A stretch of DNA of 64,000 nucleotides. Source: Candidatus Woesearchaeota archaeon. GTDB taxonomy: Archaea; Nanobdellota; Nanobdellia; Woesearchaeales; GCA-023898365. The translations under genes and the position numbers were made by a program. The stretch spans positions 334,688 through 398,687 of the forward strand of contig CP060219.1 of NCBI GenBank assembly GCA_023898365.1, read 5' to 3'. The notes under the pieces are model-generated. The model saw only the letters and a list, made by a program, of their open reading frames with translations. It was not told where the DNA came from and made no database searches. This document shows, in pieces, positions 17,749 to 26,350 of this stretch. Numbering within the stretch: position 1 is the stretch's first letter; each line of letters begins with the position of its first letter.

Positions 17749-19167
17749 TCACCCATCCATATAATGATGCCGCAGATAGGCAACAAGATCTGGTCGTGAA
17801 GCAGAACCGGTGAGCGTTCCTCGTCCAACACCATGATACTGCACGCCTGCTTCTTGCAATGCAAGAACTTCCTCTGCAGACAAAACATTTTTCCCATCAA
17901 AAACAGTTCGTACCGAACCGAAGGGAGCGACATCCACACTTCGAAATTGATTATCTTCATTACCAATAATAATACTTGGATGATCAACGAGCGGAGCCAT
18001 ACCATACTGAGAATCATACGTGAATAAGTGATGGCCAAGAGCAGACTCAAAATCTTCTTCGAGATTTCTTCGTGCGCCAGCAACAGGATCGTACACATGC
18101 ACCGTTGCGCCCCTTTCTAAAAGCGTTCGCATCACTTCGACAGCCCTCGAGTCTCGAAGATCGTCTGTTCCTGCTTTAAAGCCAACTCCCCAGAGAACAA
18201 ACTGTTCTCCTGTGAGATCTCCATTATAACTGGCAAGAATATTTTGTGTAAAACGCTCTGTTGCTACTTCGTTTCCTGCAATTGCTGCTTCAACAATTGG
18301 AAGAGGAACATGCAAGCCACGAGCAAATGTCGCAAGCGCACGCGTATCCTTTGGAAAACAGGAGCCACCATAGCCAAAACCTGCGTTAAGAAATTTACTT
18401 CCAATACGAGGATCCATGCCCATCGCACGAGTGACTGCCTTAATATCTGCACCAACTGCTTCACAAAGGCGAGCAAGATCATTAACAAACGTAATCCTTG
18501 TTGCAAGCATTGCATTCGATGCGTGTTTAGAAAGTTCTGCAGAGGCAACATCAGTCATGAGAATCGTCCCTTCGCCATACATGGTTCGAAAAAACCGGTG
18601 TACTTCTCTTTGCGCTTGCGGATCATCTAAGCCAACCACAACACGATAAGGCGTGCGAAGATCTGCCATTGCTGTTCCTTCTGCTAAGAATTCTGGACAG
18701 GCACCAACCGCAACGCGAGCAGGACTTCCCGCAATACCTAGTTGTTCGAACAATACATCATCGAGCATGGAAGAAGTTCCTGGAGGAACGGTGCTCTTTA
18801 CTAAGACAACTGCATCATGCAGTAAATGAGAACCTATTGCCTGAGCTGCCTCAACTAAGTATTTAAGATTGGCATGTCCCGTTTCAGGAATTGAAGGTGT
18901 GCCAACTGCTAAAATAATTAATTCAGGTTTTTCTAAAGCTTCATCAAGAGTTGAGGTTGGATGAATGTTTCGTTTGTTCTTACGCAGCAACTCAACAAGA
19001 CCTGCCTCATGAATGTACAAGTGATCCGTATCGCCTTCCAGAACCGCCTCAATGGCCGTTCTCTTCACTTCATCAGGGTCATACACGACAACTTTATGTG
19101 TGCCTGCAACATGAGCTGCTGTTGTTAATCCTACATATCCTGCTCCAAAGAAAGTGACGTTTTGCAT
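17749..19167 (-). CDS. UDP-glucose 6-dehydrogenase / nucleotide-sugar dehydrogenase
   Basis: 472 aa with the N-terminal Rossmann motif FFGAGYVGL and the catalytic cysteine motif GFGYGGSCFPKDTRAL. Confidence 0.9.
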   Translation of the reverse strand: MQNVTFFGAGYVGLTTAAHVAGTHKVVVYDPDEVKRTAIEAVLEGDTDHLYIHEAGLVELLRKNKRNIHPTSTLDEALEKPELIILAVGTPSIPETGHANLKYLVEAAQAIGSHLLHDAVVLVKSTVPPGTSSMLDDVLFEQLGIAGSPARVAVGACPEFLAEGTAMADLRTPYRVVVGLDDPQAQREVHRFFRTMYGEGTILMTDVASAELSKHASNAMLATRITFVNDLARLCEAVGADIKAVTRAMGMDPRIGSKFLNAGFGYGGSCFPKDTRALATFARGLHVPLPIVEAAIAGNEVATERFTQNILASYNGDLTGEQFVLWGVGFKAGTDDLRDSRAVEVMRTLLERGATVHVYDPVAGARRNLEEDFESALGHHLFTYDSQYGMAPLVDHPSIIIGNEDNQFRSVDVAPFGSVRTVFDGKNVLSAEEVLALQEAGVQYHGVGRGTLTGSASRPDLVAYLRHHYMDG

Positions 19168-19273
19168 CGTGGCATTTGCAAGAATGTTATTTTTTATAAA
19201 ATGTACGAAAACAAGCTGAAACAGCCGAATTCATAAGGTAGAGGGTTTTTCACCACAGGCAAATAATAAATAA

Positions 19274-19282
19274 CTTTATATA
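19274..19282 (+). promoter_or_regulatory. TATA box (TTTATATAT) ending 23 bp upstream of the proposed RNase P RNA 5' end
   Basis: AT-rich element at the canonical archaeal -26/-27 position relative to nt 19305. Confidence 0.4.
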
Positions 19283-19304
19283 TTTCTCTTCATTCACCAT
19301 CATC

Positions 19305-19641
19305 GTAAGTAAGCGCCAGAGCTAGCTTCGGATCATTCGTGATCTGCGGAAAGTCCACCCACTCATTACCGACCGCTTGTCGCAAGGCAAGAAGGGGAGA
19401 CTCTTGGCAACACAGACAAGAGAAAAAACCACCTGTTTTTTGGGATGATACGCAAAAGAACCGCCTTGGTAACAGACGGGAGTTAACTCGTTGACGACAA
19501 AACAGGAAAGGATGAGAACTGTGCCCTGGTTGAGTGCAAGTCTTTTTGACGCTTAGTCTACTGCTAGCAAGGTCATCGCAAAGAAAAGTACTTCTTTGTT
19601 TGGGCCAATAACAGAAGGTGGCTTATCTGGCGCATACTTAC
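19305..19641 (+). ncRNA. rnpB: RNase P RNA (rnpB), ~337 nt
   Basis: CR-I-like GGAAAGUCCACC at ~19341-19352 and CR-V-like ACAGAAGGUGGCUUAUC at 19611-19627. The P4 strands CCACC/GGUGG are complementary and covary relative to the CCGGG/CCCGG consensus. A 16-bp P1/P2 terminal pairing links 5' GUAAGUAAGCGCCAGA (19305-19320) with 3' UCUGGCGCAUACUUAC (19626-19641). The locus is GC-rich relative to its surroundings and has no ORF. Confidence 0.65.
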
Positions 19642-19651
19642 CTTTCTTTGT

Positions 19652-21502
19652 TTAACTCATCGGACCAATGGGAGGATTATCATCCTTTTCACCATCGCGC
19701 TTGTCAAACATGCCAAGAAAGAATATGATGAGCAGTGGTAAGAGCAAGAGAAGCACAATCATAATCCAAGAATTTGACGTGCGAGACAAATTGTCAGATA
19801 GAAAAATAGTTTTTGCGCCAGTGCCATGAAGACCTGGAACCGTGTACTGGAGCGTTGTTTTCGCATCAAGAACCCCAACATCCCACATCAAAATAGGATC
19901 CGCATCAAGAACAATAAATTCTGCATCGCTACCAACAACAGAAGCTGAATTTGCAAGCGATTTAGGAATAACTTCAATAACTTTCAAACTACCAACTCGC
20001 GTTCCCGGTGTAGGAGAAACGGTAAGAGTGATGGTTGTCGTGTTCGACACATTATCTAACTCATAGGTTTTTTCAGTTGCAAGCTTTTTGATGGTTTGTT
20101 TCATTTTTGTAAAAACAACTTTATCAGTTAATTCTTCAGGAATATATTCTTGTTCGCGGGCTTTGCGCGCAGCCCTAACAAAGACCACATTATCATCATT
20201 TGAAAGGAGAGGTGTGGAACCAACAACATCTTCAGGAGCAAGCTCTGGAATGTTAAAAGGAGGGATGACGGTGAACGTGACGTGCTGCAACACTTCATCA
20301 TCAATAAGTACGTCGCGACCTCGAAGAGAAATGCTCAGCGCATAGGAAACTTCTCCCAGTTCAGAAAGGGAAAGAGACCACGAACCAAAAATGAATCCAT
20401 GAACTGCCGTTTCTCCATCTTGCTCTAGAGGAAAACTAAAATAATTATGTTCGTACGTGTCTTGAGCAACCGCACGAGCACCCGAGCGTAAGGTCAAATC
20501 ACCATCAAACGCAGAAAAATCTTCTGTTTGAATTAATTCAACGACATAAAAAACTTTAAACGGTTGATTACGAATAGGCTGGGGAGAATACAAGACATGA
20601 ACAAGAATATGATCCGAACCGCCAAGTTGCCAAACAGTTGTCTGCACGTTATTTAACAAAGGAGCGGTATTCTCATTAAAGAACTGGGCTGCAAAAAAAT
20701 CAAGTGAGTTGACTTCATAGGCAAGAGGACTTGCTTGCGGATACATAAAGAGATCGTTATAAAACGAAGCGGACGCTTCTTCTTCAGCATTCTGAGAAGG
20801 AAGTGCTGCATTATTTTGTGAATTCGATGGAGAAACAGGAGCTGCGAGAGGATCAGCAGCTGCATTCGGCGGAGAAGCTAGATCAACCGCCAAATTTGCA
20901 TCGTCATCAGTTTCAGGATCATTAGGGGAAGGAACGGTGACAAGAGAGGTGGTGACGTTAGCCGATGCGTTCGTATCATTGTTGGACTCAGGTTCGCCGC
21001 AAAGCATAGTATCGGTTTGTTCTTGAGGCACACATTGGCCCATAACAAGCACGCCATCAACGCAATAGTTGGTCACAACAGGAGGATAAGAAACAAATAC
21101 GCCATCGACACAACCAGTAACTTCTTCTTCGCTCCAAGAACACGTTGTTTCTACAGGAATAGTTGCAGGCTCAGACAACGTCTCAAAAACGAGAATGTCT
21201 TCTTCGCAGAAAAAATAGGTGCAAGGATTCTCACCATACCCTGCTTGCATGAGCTGTTCGCAAGAACAACCAAGAAACTCATCCGCAAAAGTAGGATAGT
21301 TTGCTACTTGAGCTTGTGAAAATGCTACGCCCTGCGTGCCCGGACAGGCATCAATACTATCAGGAATAAGATCGTTATCCTCGTCAGTGCCTGCTGGCGG
21401 CAACAGATTAGAATCATTCGAGAAATTTGCATCAGCAGCAAGCACGCCCCATAAGGCGCCAAGCAAGACAACAAAAACCACCACACGAACCACGGTTGAC
21501 AT
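19652..21502 (-). CDS. Membrane-anchored secreted protein (616 aa) with a signal peptide, a Cys-rich N-terminal region and a C-terminal TM helix
   Basis: N-terminal MSTVVRVVVFVVLLGALWGVLAADA, a Cys-rich segment and the C-terminal helix IMIVLLLLLPLLIIFFLGMF followed by a charged tail. Confidence 0.6.
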   Translation of the reverse strand: MSTVVRVVVFVVLLGALWGVLAADANFSNDSNLLPPAGTDEDNDLIPDSIDACPGTQGVAFSQAQVANYPTFADEFLGCSCEQLMQAGYGENPCTYFFCEEDILVFETLSEPATIPVETTCSWSEEEVTGCVDGVFVSYPPVVTNYCVDGVLVMGQCVPQEQTDTMLCGEPESNNDTNASANVTTSLVTVPSPNDPETDDDANLAVDLASPPNAAADPLAAPVSPSNSQNNAALPSQNAEEEASASFYNDLFMYPQASPLAYEVNSLDFFAAQFFNENTAPLLNNVQTTVWQLGGSDHILVHVLYSPQPIRNQPFKVFYVVELIQTEDFSAFDGDLTLRSGARAVAQDTYEHNYFSFPLEQDGETAVHGFIFGSWSLSLSELGEVSYALSISLRGRDVLIDDEVLQHVTFTVIPPFNIPELAPEDVVGSTPLLSNDDNVVFVRAARKAREQEYIPEELTDKVVFTKMKQTIKKLATEKTYELDNVSNTTTITLTVSPTPGTRVGSLKVIEVIPKSLANSASVVGSDAEFIVLDADPILMWDVGVLDAKTTLQYTVPGLHGTGAKTIFLSDNLSRTSNSWIMIVLLLLLPLLIIFFLGMFDKRDGEKDDNPPIGPMS

Positions 21503-21601
21503 AAGAATCCTTGATAAACGCTGGTTTATAAATTTTGTTTAGAAGAACCTTCTTAAACCAATAGATTAATAAAAAAAAACAGCGCGTGAACGGATGGTGA
21601 G

Positions 21602-23035
21602 TTGATGAGATCGGTTTCCATACAAAAACTAGTTGGCCTTCTCTTCCTGTCCGGTGTTATCTTAATTAACCTGTTTGACTTCTTCACACTCCTTACTCCT
21701 GAATGGGATCTCTTCAAAAAAATCCTTTCGTGGTCGATGATGATCTATGTGCTCTACCACCTTTCGTTCTCAAAAATACTCTTTGGCAAAGCAAACAAAG
21801 CAGCAGATCTCCTTCTCAACATGGGCTTTTTTGCATTCGCACTCAAAGAAGTAACTACCTACGCCAATCAATTTCTTTTACTGGGAAGCGCATTTGATAG
21901 CCTAAACACGGGAGCAGTCATTGTTTCGCTGTATTCGTTTGACATTGAGTACTATGGGCTTCTTGTCGGCATGATCACGTTGCTTTCTGTTGCAATATTC
22001 TACGGATATAAAGGAGTGACCGAACCGAGCATCATAAACTCGCTTGCTCCTCACGCAAAAAAAACATTACGATTTTTTCTCACACTTGGCGTGCTCTTTC
22101 TCGTATTTGTCAGCATCTTTAATTTAGTCATGGAATGGTTTGCGCTCGCCATTGATTCAATCATCTTGCTCGCGACGTTTCTGTTCTACATCATTTTAGA
22201 GCTTCGCACAAGACATTTACATGCATCAACACTCATTAGACGAATTGCGAGTGCAGGAAGTACCTTTTACACACATCTTCTGCAAAAAGCCTATGAAAAA
22301 AAGAACATGGTGCGTATCCTCACCGGCATGCTCATTATTCATCCATTGACAGATATTGCCATTTTTATCTTGCCTGCGCTTACAGGGTTACAAAATTCAT
22401 TCTATTCCAATCTTCTTGCCAATGAACCAACATTCTGGGCGTATCTTGGAACAACAACACACGAACTGCCACTGAACTTGAAACTCCTCTTCGGAGCAGG
22501 AAGCATACTAAGCTTGTTAGGTATTGTGAGTTTGCTTACCATTCCCGCCGTGTTTTGGCTTTTGCGATTACAAAATAAACCTGCAAACACAACACTCTCA
22601 GTCATGCTCGGATTTGCCATTTTCTACATCTTAATGCCAATCATAGGATTTAGCAGACTTGTGGCAGAAAGATACAGTGGCGCACAACTCTCCTTTATTT
22701 CACCACCTCACCAAACAAGTTCCGTCCTCATCGCGCTCATTCTTGCCATAGCAGTGGTGCTCCTTGCAAAACGAGATAATCATGCCTGGATAAGCAAAGG
22801 AACCTTTGGTTTTGGACTTCTTTTTTTTGGCATGTATCTCTTTATCTACGCGGGCAGCATCATTTCTGCGTACATCCGTTCACTTAGCCTCGGATTGCAA
22901 ACAGGCTATTATGATTTTGTATTGGGATTGATCCTGTTCACTATCACCTCTGTTTGTTTTTACGTAGGAGGATATCTCTTGCTCATCAGAGAATATGTGC
23001 TGTTTTGGAGGAAAAAGGAAACGGATTCTCCCTAG
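21602..23035 (+). CDS. Polytopic integral membrane protein (477 aa, ~12 predicted TM helices), hypothetical
   Basis: Long ORF that is hydrophobic throughout. No recognisable catalytic motif. Confidence 0.6.
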   Translation: MMRSVSIQKLVGLLFLSGVILINLFDFFTLLTPEWDLFKKILSWSMMIYVLYHLSFSKILFGKANKAADLLLNMGFFAFALKEVTTYANQFLLLGSAFDSLNTGAVIVSLYSFDIEYYGLLVGMITLLSVAIFYGYKGVTEPSIINSLAPHAKKTLRFFLTLGVLFLVFVSIFNLVMEWFALAIDSIILLATFLFYIILELRTRHLHASTLIRRIASAGSTFYTHLLQKAYEKKNMVRILTGMLIIHPLTDIAIFILPALTGLQNSFYSNLLANEPTFWAYLGTTTHELPLNLKLLFGAGSILSLLGIVSLLTIPAVFWLLRLQNKPANTTLSVMLGFAIFYILMPIIGFSRLVAERYSGAQLSFISPPHQTSSVLIALILAIAVVLLAKRDNHAWISKGTFGFGLLFFGMYLFIYAGSIISAYIRSLSLGLQTGYYDFVLGLILFTITSVCFYVGGYLLLIREYVLFWRKKETDSP

Positions 23036-23089
23036 CCAATGGTTATGAAAATTTAAAAATGGATAAAAACATTGAAATGCGTGTGAGTT

Positions 23090-24055
23090 ATGAGCGAATC
23101 AGTATTTGAGATACGAAATTTGAGAAAGAGCTACGGCAAGCATGTCGTGCTTGATGATATTAATATTAAAGTTAAAGCTGGAGAAATTCTTGGACTTATA
23201 GGCAGCAGCGGATCAGGAAAAACAACTCTTCTCAACTCAATCATTGGGTTTATCAAGCCAGACAGTGGAGAGATCATGTTTCGCCATAAGACACACGACA
23301 AAAAAAAGAGCGATTATTTGTCCGTTGAACGACACCAACAACTGGTCAAAACGAAATATGGGTTTGCGTCACAATCACCATCGTTTTATGATAAACTTAC
23401 CGTAATAGAAAATCTTCGCTACTTTGGCAGTCTCCATGGATTGTCACGATTAACTATTGAAACGAATGCACAAACACTCCTCAAGCTCATGGGACTTGAA
23501 GCGGCAGAAAGCACGCTTGCAAAAAATCTCTCTGGAGGAATGGAACGACGACTTGACATATCTTGCGCCATGATGCATGATCCTGACGTCCTTCTCCTTG
23601 ACGAACCAACAGCAGATCTTGACCCTATTCTTCGCAAACACATTTGGGATCTGGTCAAGATGATCAATAAGAAAGGCACCTCAATCATTCTCGCATCTCA
23701 CCATCTAGCCGAGCTTGAAGATTTGTGCTCTCGTATTGCAATTATCAAAAAAGGAAATATTCGTGCGGTAGGATCTCCAAAAGAAATTCTTGAACAATTT
23801 TCAGAAAATCAAGAAATTAGACTTACCTCATCACCAGGAAAATATGGCGAGTTGCTTAAACTGATGAATAAAAAACATATTACCAACAGCAAAGTAAGCA
23901 ACAAAGTATTAATTATGCAAACAAATAAGCAACAAGAAGCGCTCGAATCAATAACGAGCGCTCTTCGAAAAAGAAATGAAAAACTTCTTTCTATCAGTAT
24001 TAACAAAGCGACACTTGATGAAATATTCATGAATGTCATGAAGGATGAAAAATGA
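23090..24055 (+). CDS. ABC transporter ATP-binding protein
   Basis: Walker A GLIGSSGSGKTT, ABC signature LSGGMERRL, Walker B LLLDEPTADLD and H-loop SHHL. Confidence 0.9.
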   Translation: MSESVFEIRNLRKSYGKHVVLDDINIKVKAGEILGLIGSSGSGKTTLLNSIIGFIKPDSGEIMFRHKTHDKKKSDYLSVERHQQLVKTKYGFASQSPSFYDKLTVIENLRYFGSLHGLSRLTIETNAQTLLKLMGLEAAESTLAKNLSGGMERRLDISCAMMHDPDVLLLDEPTADLDPILRKHIWDLVKMINKKGTSIILASHHLAELEDLCSRIAIIKKGNIRAVGSPKEILEQFSENQEIRLTSSPGKYGELLKLMNKKHITNSKVSNKVLIMQTNKQQEALESITSALRKRNEKLLSISINKATLDEIFMNVMKDEK

Positions 24056-26088
24056 AATTTGTTCGGGCTATCTTAAAAAATTTTAAACTGCTCTTGCGTA
24101 ACAAGGCAAGCGCGTTTGTTGTACTTATCGGCCCTCTTATTATTATGCTTCTTGTTGGTCTTGCATTTTCAGGACCCTCGACCTACGAACTGTCCATTGG
24201 AGTTGCCGTTAGTGAAAAAACAGAACTTGCCGAACAATTCCTTGCAGGACTGTCACAAGACAATTTTATCATCAACGAATTTAGTGATGTTGAACAATGT
24301 AAAGAACTTATCAGGCAAGGAGCACTGCACACCTGCATTGCAATACCTGATGATTTTCGCATCAAAAATAACGAATCCGTTGTCGTCACCTTCTACGTTG
24401 ATAAAACCCGCATAAATTTCGTCTATCAAATCATCACCGACATTAAGGATCGAATTGGAGTAAAGACAAGTCAAATTTCTAAAGAACTCACCGAACAATT
24501 GCTTGAAGTCATTGAAGAAAGTTACACAAACTTGTCTGTGCGCATGGAAGAACTCGATGTCGTTGCAGAAGACTCCTCAGCCGTGCAACGAAAAGGACGA
24601 AACATTATCAGCGATCTCTCAGAGATTAATCTCACTGCTGAACCAATAAGTGTTAGCGCACTTGAAACAGCAGTTGATGTCTATGTTGCTCGCATGATTC
24701 TCTTTGATAATCTCAGTCATGATGTAATTCAAGAAGGAAACAAACTTCTAAGCAACCTTGACGCGATCGGGTTTTCGGACACTGCAGGTCTTGAAGACTC
24801 GCTTGATGATTTAACAACCCTGCGCAACAGCACCACGACAAGCAAACCTGATTGGGATGAAGCGTATGAAGAAGCACTTGATGCAGTAGTAATGAAAATC
24901 AACGATATTAATGATCGCATTCAAGAAGCAAGTGAAAAAAGGAATGATGCGAGCGTCGAACTTGGCGAACTTAATGCCGCGACAAATTTGCTTGAAGATA
25001 AAATTATGAAAACAAAGGATGCGCTTGATGGAATGCGTAGCGATATTCGCGCACTTGAAATTACTAGCTCAGAACGTATCGTGTCACCAATCACGACAAC
25101 TGTTGAACCGATCACAACAAACGCCTCACAAATTAGCTTTGCCTTCCCCTACTTAATCATTTTAGTCATCATGCTCATTGGCCTGATGCTCTCAAGCACA
25201 CTTGTGCTTATGGAAAAAAAATCAAAAGCCGCGTTTAGAAATTTCACCTCGCCAACATCAGATCTTTTCTTCATGACCACAAGTTTCTTTACCTCATTTA
25301 TTATTCTCTCACTACAAATTCTCGTTGTGCTCTACGCAAGTTCATTTTTTATTTCATTCAACCTCTTTGCGTCCCAGACAGGACTGTTTGTCGTTCTTCT
25401 GGCAATGATCTTGTTTATCTTGCTTGGCATGATTGTTGGCTATGCGCTAAACACACAAGAATCAAGTACGATGTTTTCGCTCTCGATCGCCTCTGTCTTT
25501 CTCTTTTTGAGCAATCTCATTCTGCCCATAGAAAGCATGACCAAGAGTGTTCAAGTTCTTGCAAAACTTAACCCGTACGTTCTTGTCAGCGAAACGCTTC
25601 GAAAAGTCACCGTGTTTAATGCACCATATGAAGTTATAGAGCAAAACATGAATTTAATTGTCTTTTACATTTTCATTGGAATTGTTCTACTTGCAGCAAT
25701 CCAGCGCATCGCGAAATCACGCTTCCTAGAAAATATTCCGTCCATTATCACAAAACAACAAGTACTACGACCAGAAGATAATTATTTCAAAACAAAAGAT
25801 GGCAAGTTTGCACGCAATCTTAAAGAACTCTTTGGAGCTGTTGAACGCATGGATGAAGAAGAGTTTAGAGAAAAGCAATTCGAATTAGGAGAGATCAGTG
25901 CGTGGATTCGACAACATCTTAAGAAACGTGTACTCGCGCTACGCATCAGAAAAAGCAAGAAAGAGCGAGTGCTTAAACTTATTCATGACGAAATAATCAA
26001 AGACAGTGTGAAGAAACATTTAAAAATACAAGAAACGCACATTGAACAAGAAGTAAAAAACACAAGAAAAGGCAAGAAACGTGGTTGA
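24052..26088 (+). CDS. ABC-2-type transporter permease (678 aa) with an N-terminal TM helix, a large extracytoplasmic domain with coiled-coil segments, a C-terminal TM bundle and a Lys-rich tail
   Basis: It overlaps the ATPase gene by 4 nt. The hydrophobicity pattern is typical of ABC-2 permeases with a large external loop. Confidence 0.65.
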   Translation: MKFVRAILKNFKLLLRNKASAFVVLIGPLIIMLLVGLAFSGPSTYELSIGVAVSEKTELAEQFLAGLSQDNFIINEFSDVEQCKELIRQGALHTCIAIPDDFRIKNNESVVVTFYVDKTRINFVYQIITDIKDRIGVKTSQISKELTEQLLEVIEESYTNLSVRMEELDVVAEDSSAVQRKGRNIISDLSEINLTAEPISVSALETAVDVYVARMILFDNLSHDVIQEGNKLLSNLDAIGFSDTAGLEDSLDDLTTLRNSTTTSKPDWDEAYEEALDAVVMKINDINDRIQEASEKRNDASVELGELNAATNLLEDKIMKTKDALDGMRSDIRALEITSSERIVSPITTTVEPITTNASQISFAFPYLIILVIMLIGLMLSSTLVLMEKKSKAAFRNFTSPTSDLFFMTTSFFTSFIILSLQILVVLYASSFFISFNLFASQTGLFVVLLAMILFILLGMIVGYALNTQESSTMFSLSIASVFLFLSNLILPIESMTKSVQVLAKLNPYVLVSETLRKVTVFNAPYEVIEQNMNLIVFYIFIGIVLLAAIQRIAKSRFLENIPSIITKQQVLRPEDNYFKTKDGKFARNLKELFGAVERMDEEEFREKQFELGEISAWIRQHLKKRVLALRIRKSKKERVLKLIHDEIIKDSVKKHLKIQETHIEQEVKNTRKGKKRG

Positions 26089-26314
26089 GCGAACAGAACT
26101 CTACTGGAGAGAAAAAGAGAGAGGATCATCATATGGACCTACTTCAAGAGGGTTTACCTACATCAAATTTAGTATCCCTCTCATCCTTGGGATTACCCTC
26201 ATCATTGTTGGCAAACAACAAGAGAGTGGTTTCCTTACCGGTTTTGGCATGATCATTTCGATCATCTCCGCGTTAATTTTGCTCATTACGGCAGCAATGC
26301 CGCATGAAAGTTAA
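26081..26314 (+). CDS. Small membrane protein (77 aa), hypothetical
   Basis: ORF with two hydrophobic helices; it overlaps the permease stop. Confidence 0.3.
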   Translation: MVERTELYWREKERGSSYGPTSRGFTYIKFSIPLILGITLIIVGKQQESGFLTGFGMIISIISALILLITAAMPHES

Positions 26315-26350
26315 TTATTTTTCGTACAAAAAAAAGAGGTGTGAAGTAAT

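Noticed and set aside
17691-18098. 135-aa and 140-aa minus-strand ORFs overlapping the prs and UDP-glucose dehydrogenase genes (also 17089-17511)
   Set aside because: These are alternative frames of confidently identified genes. Their composition is not protein-like.
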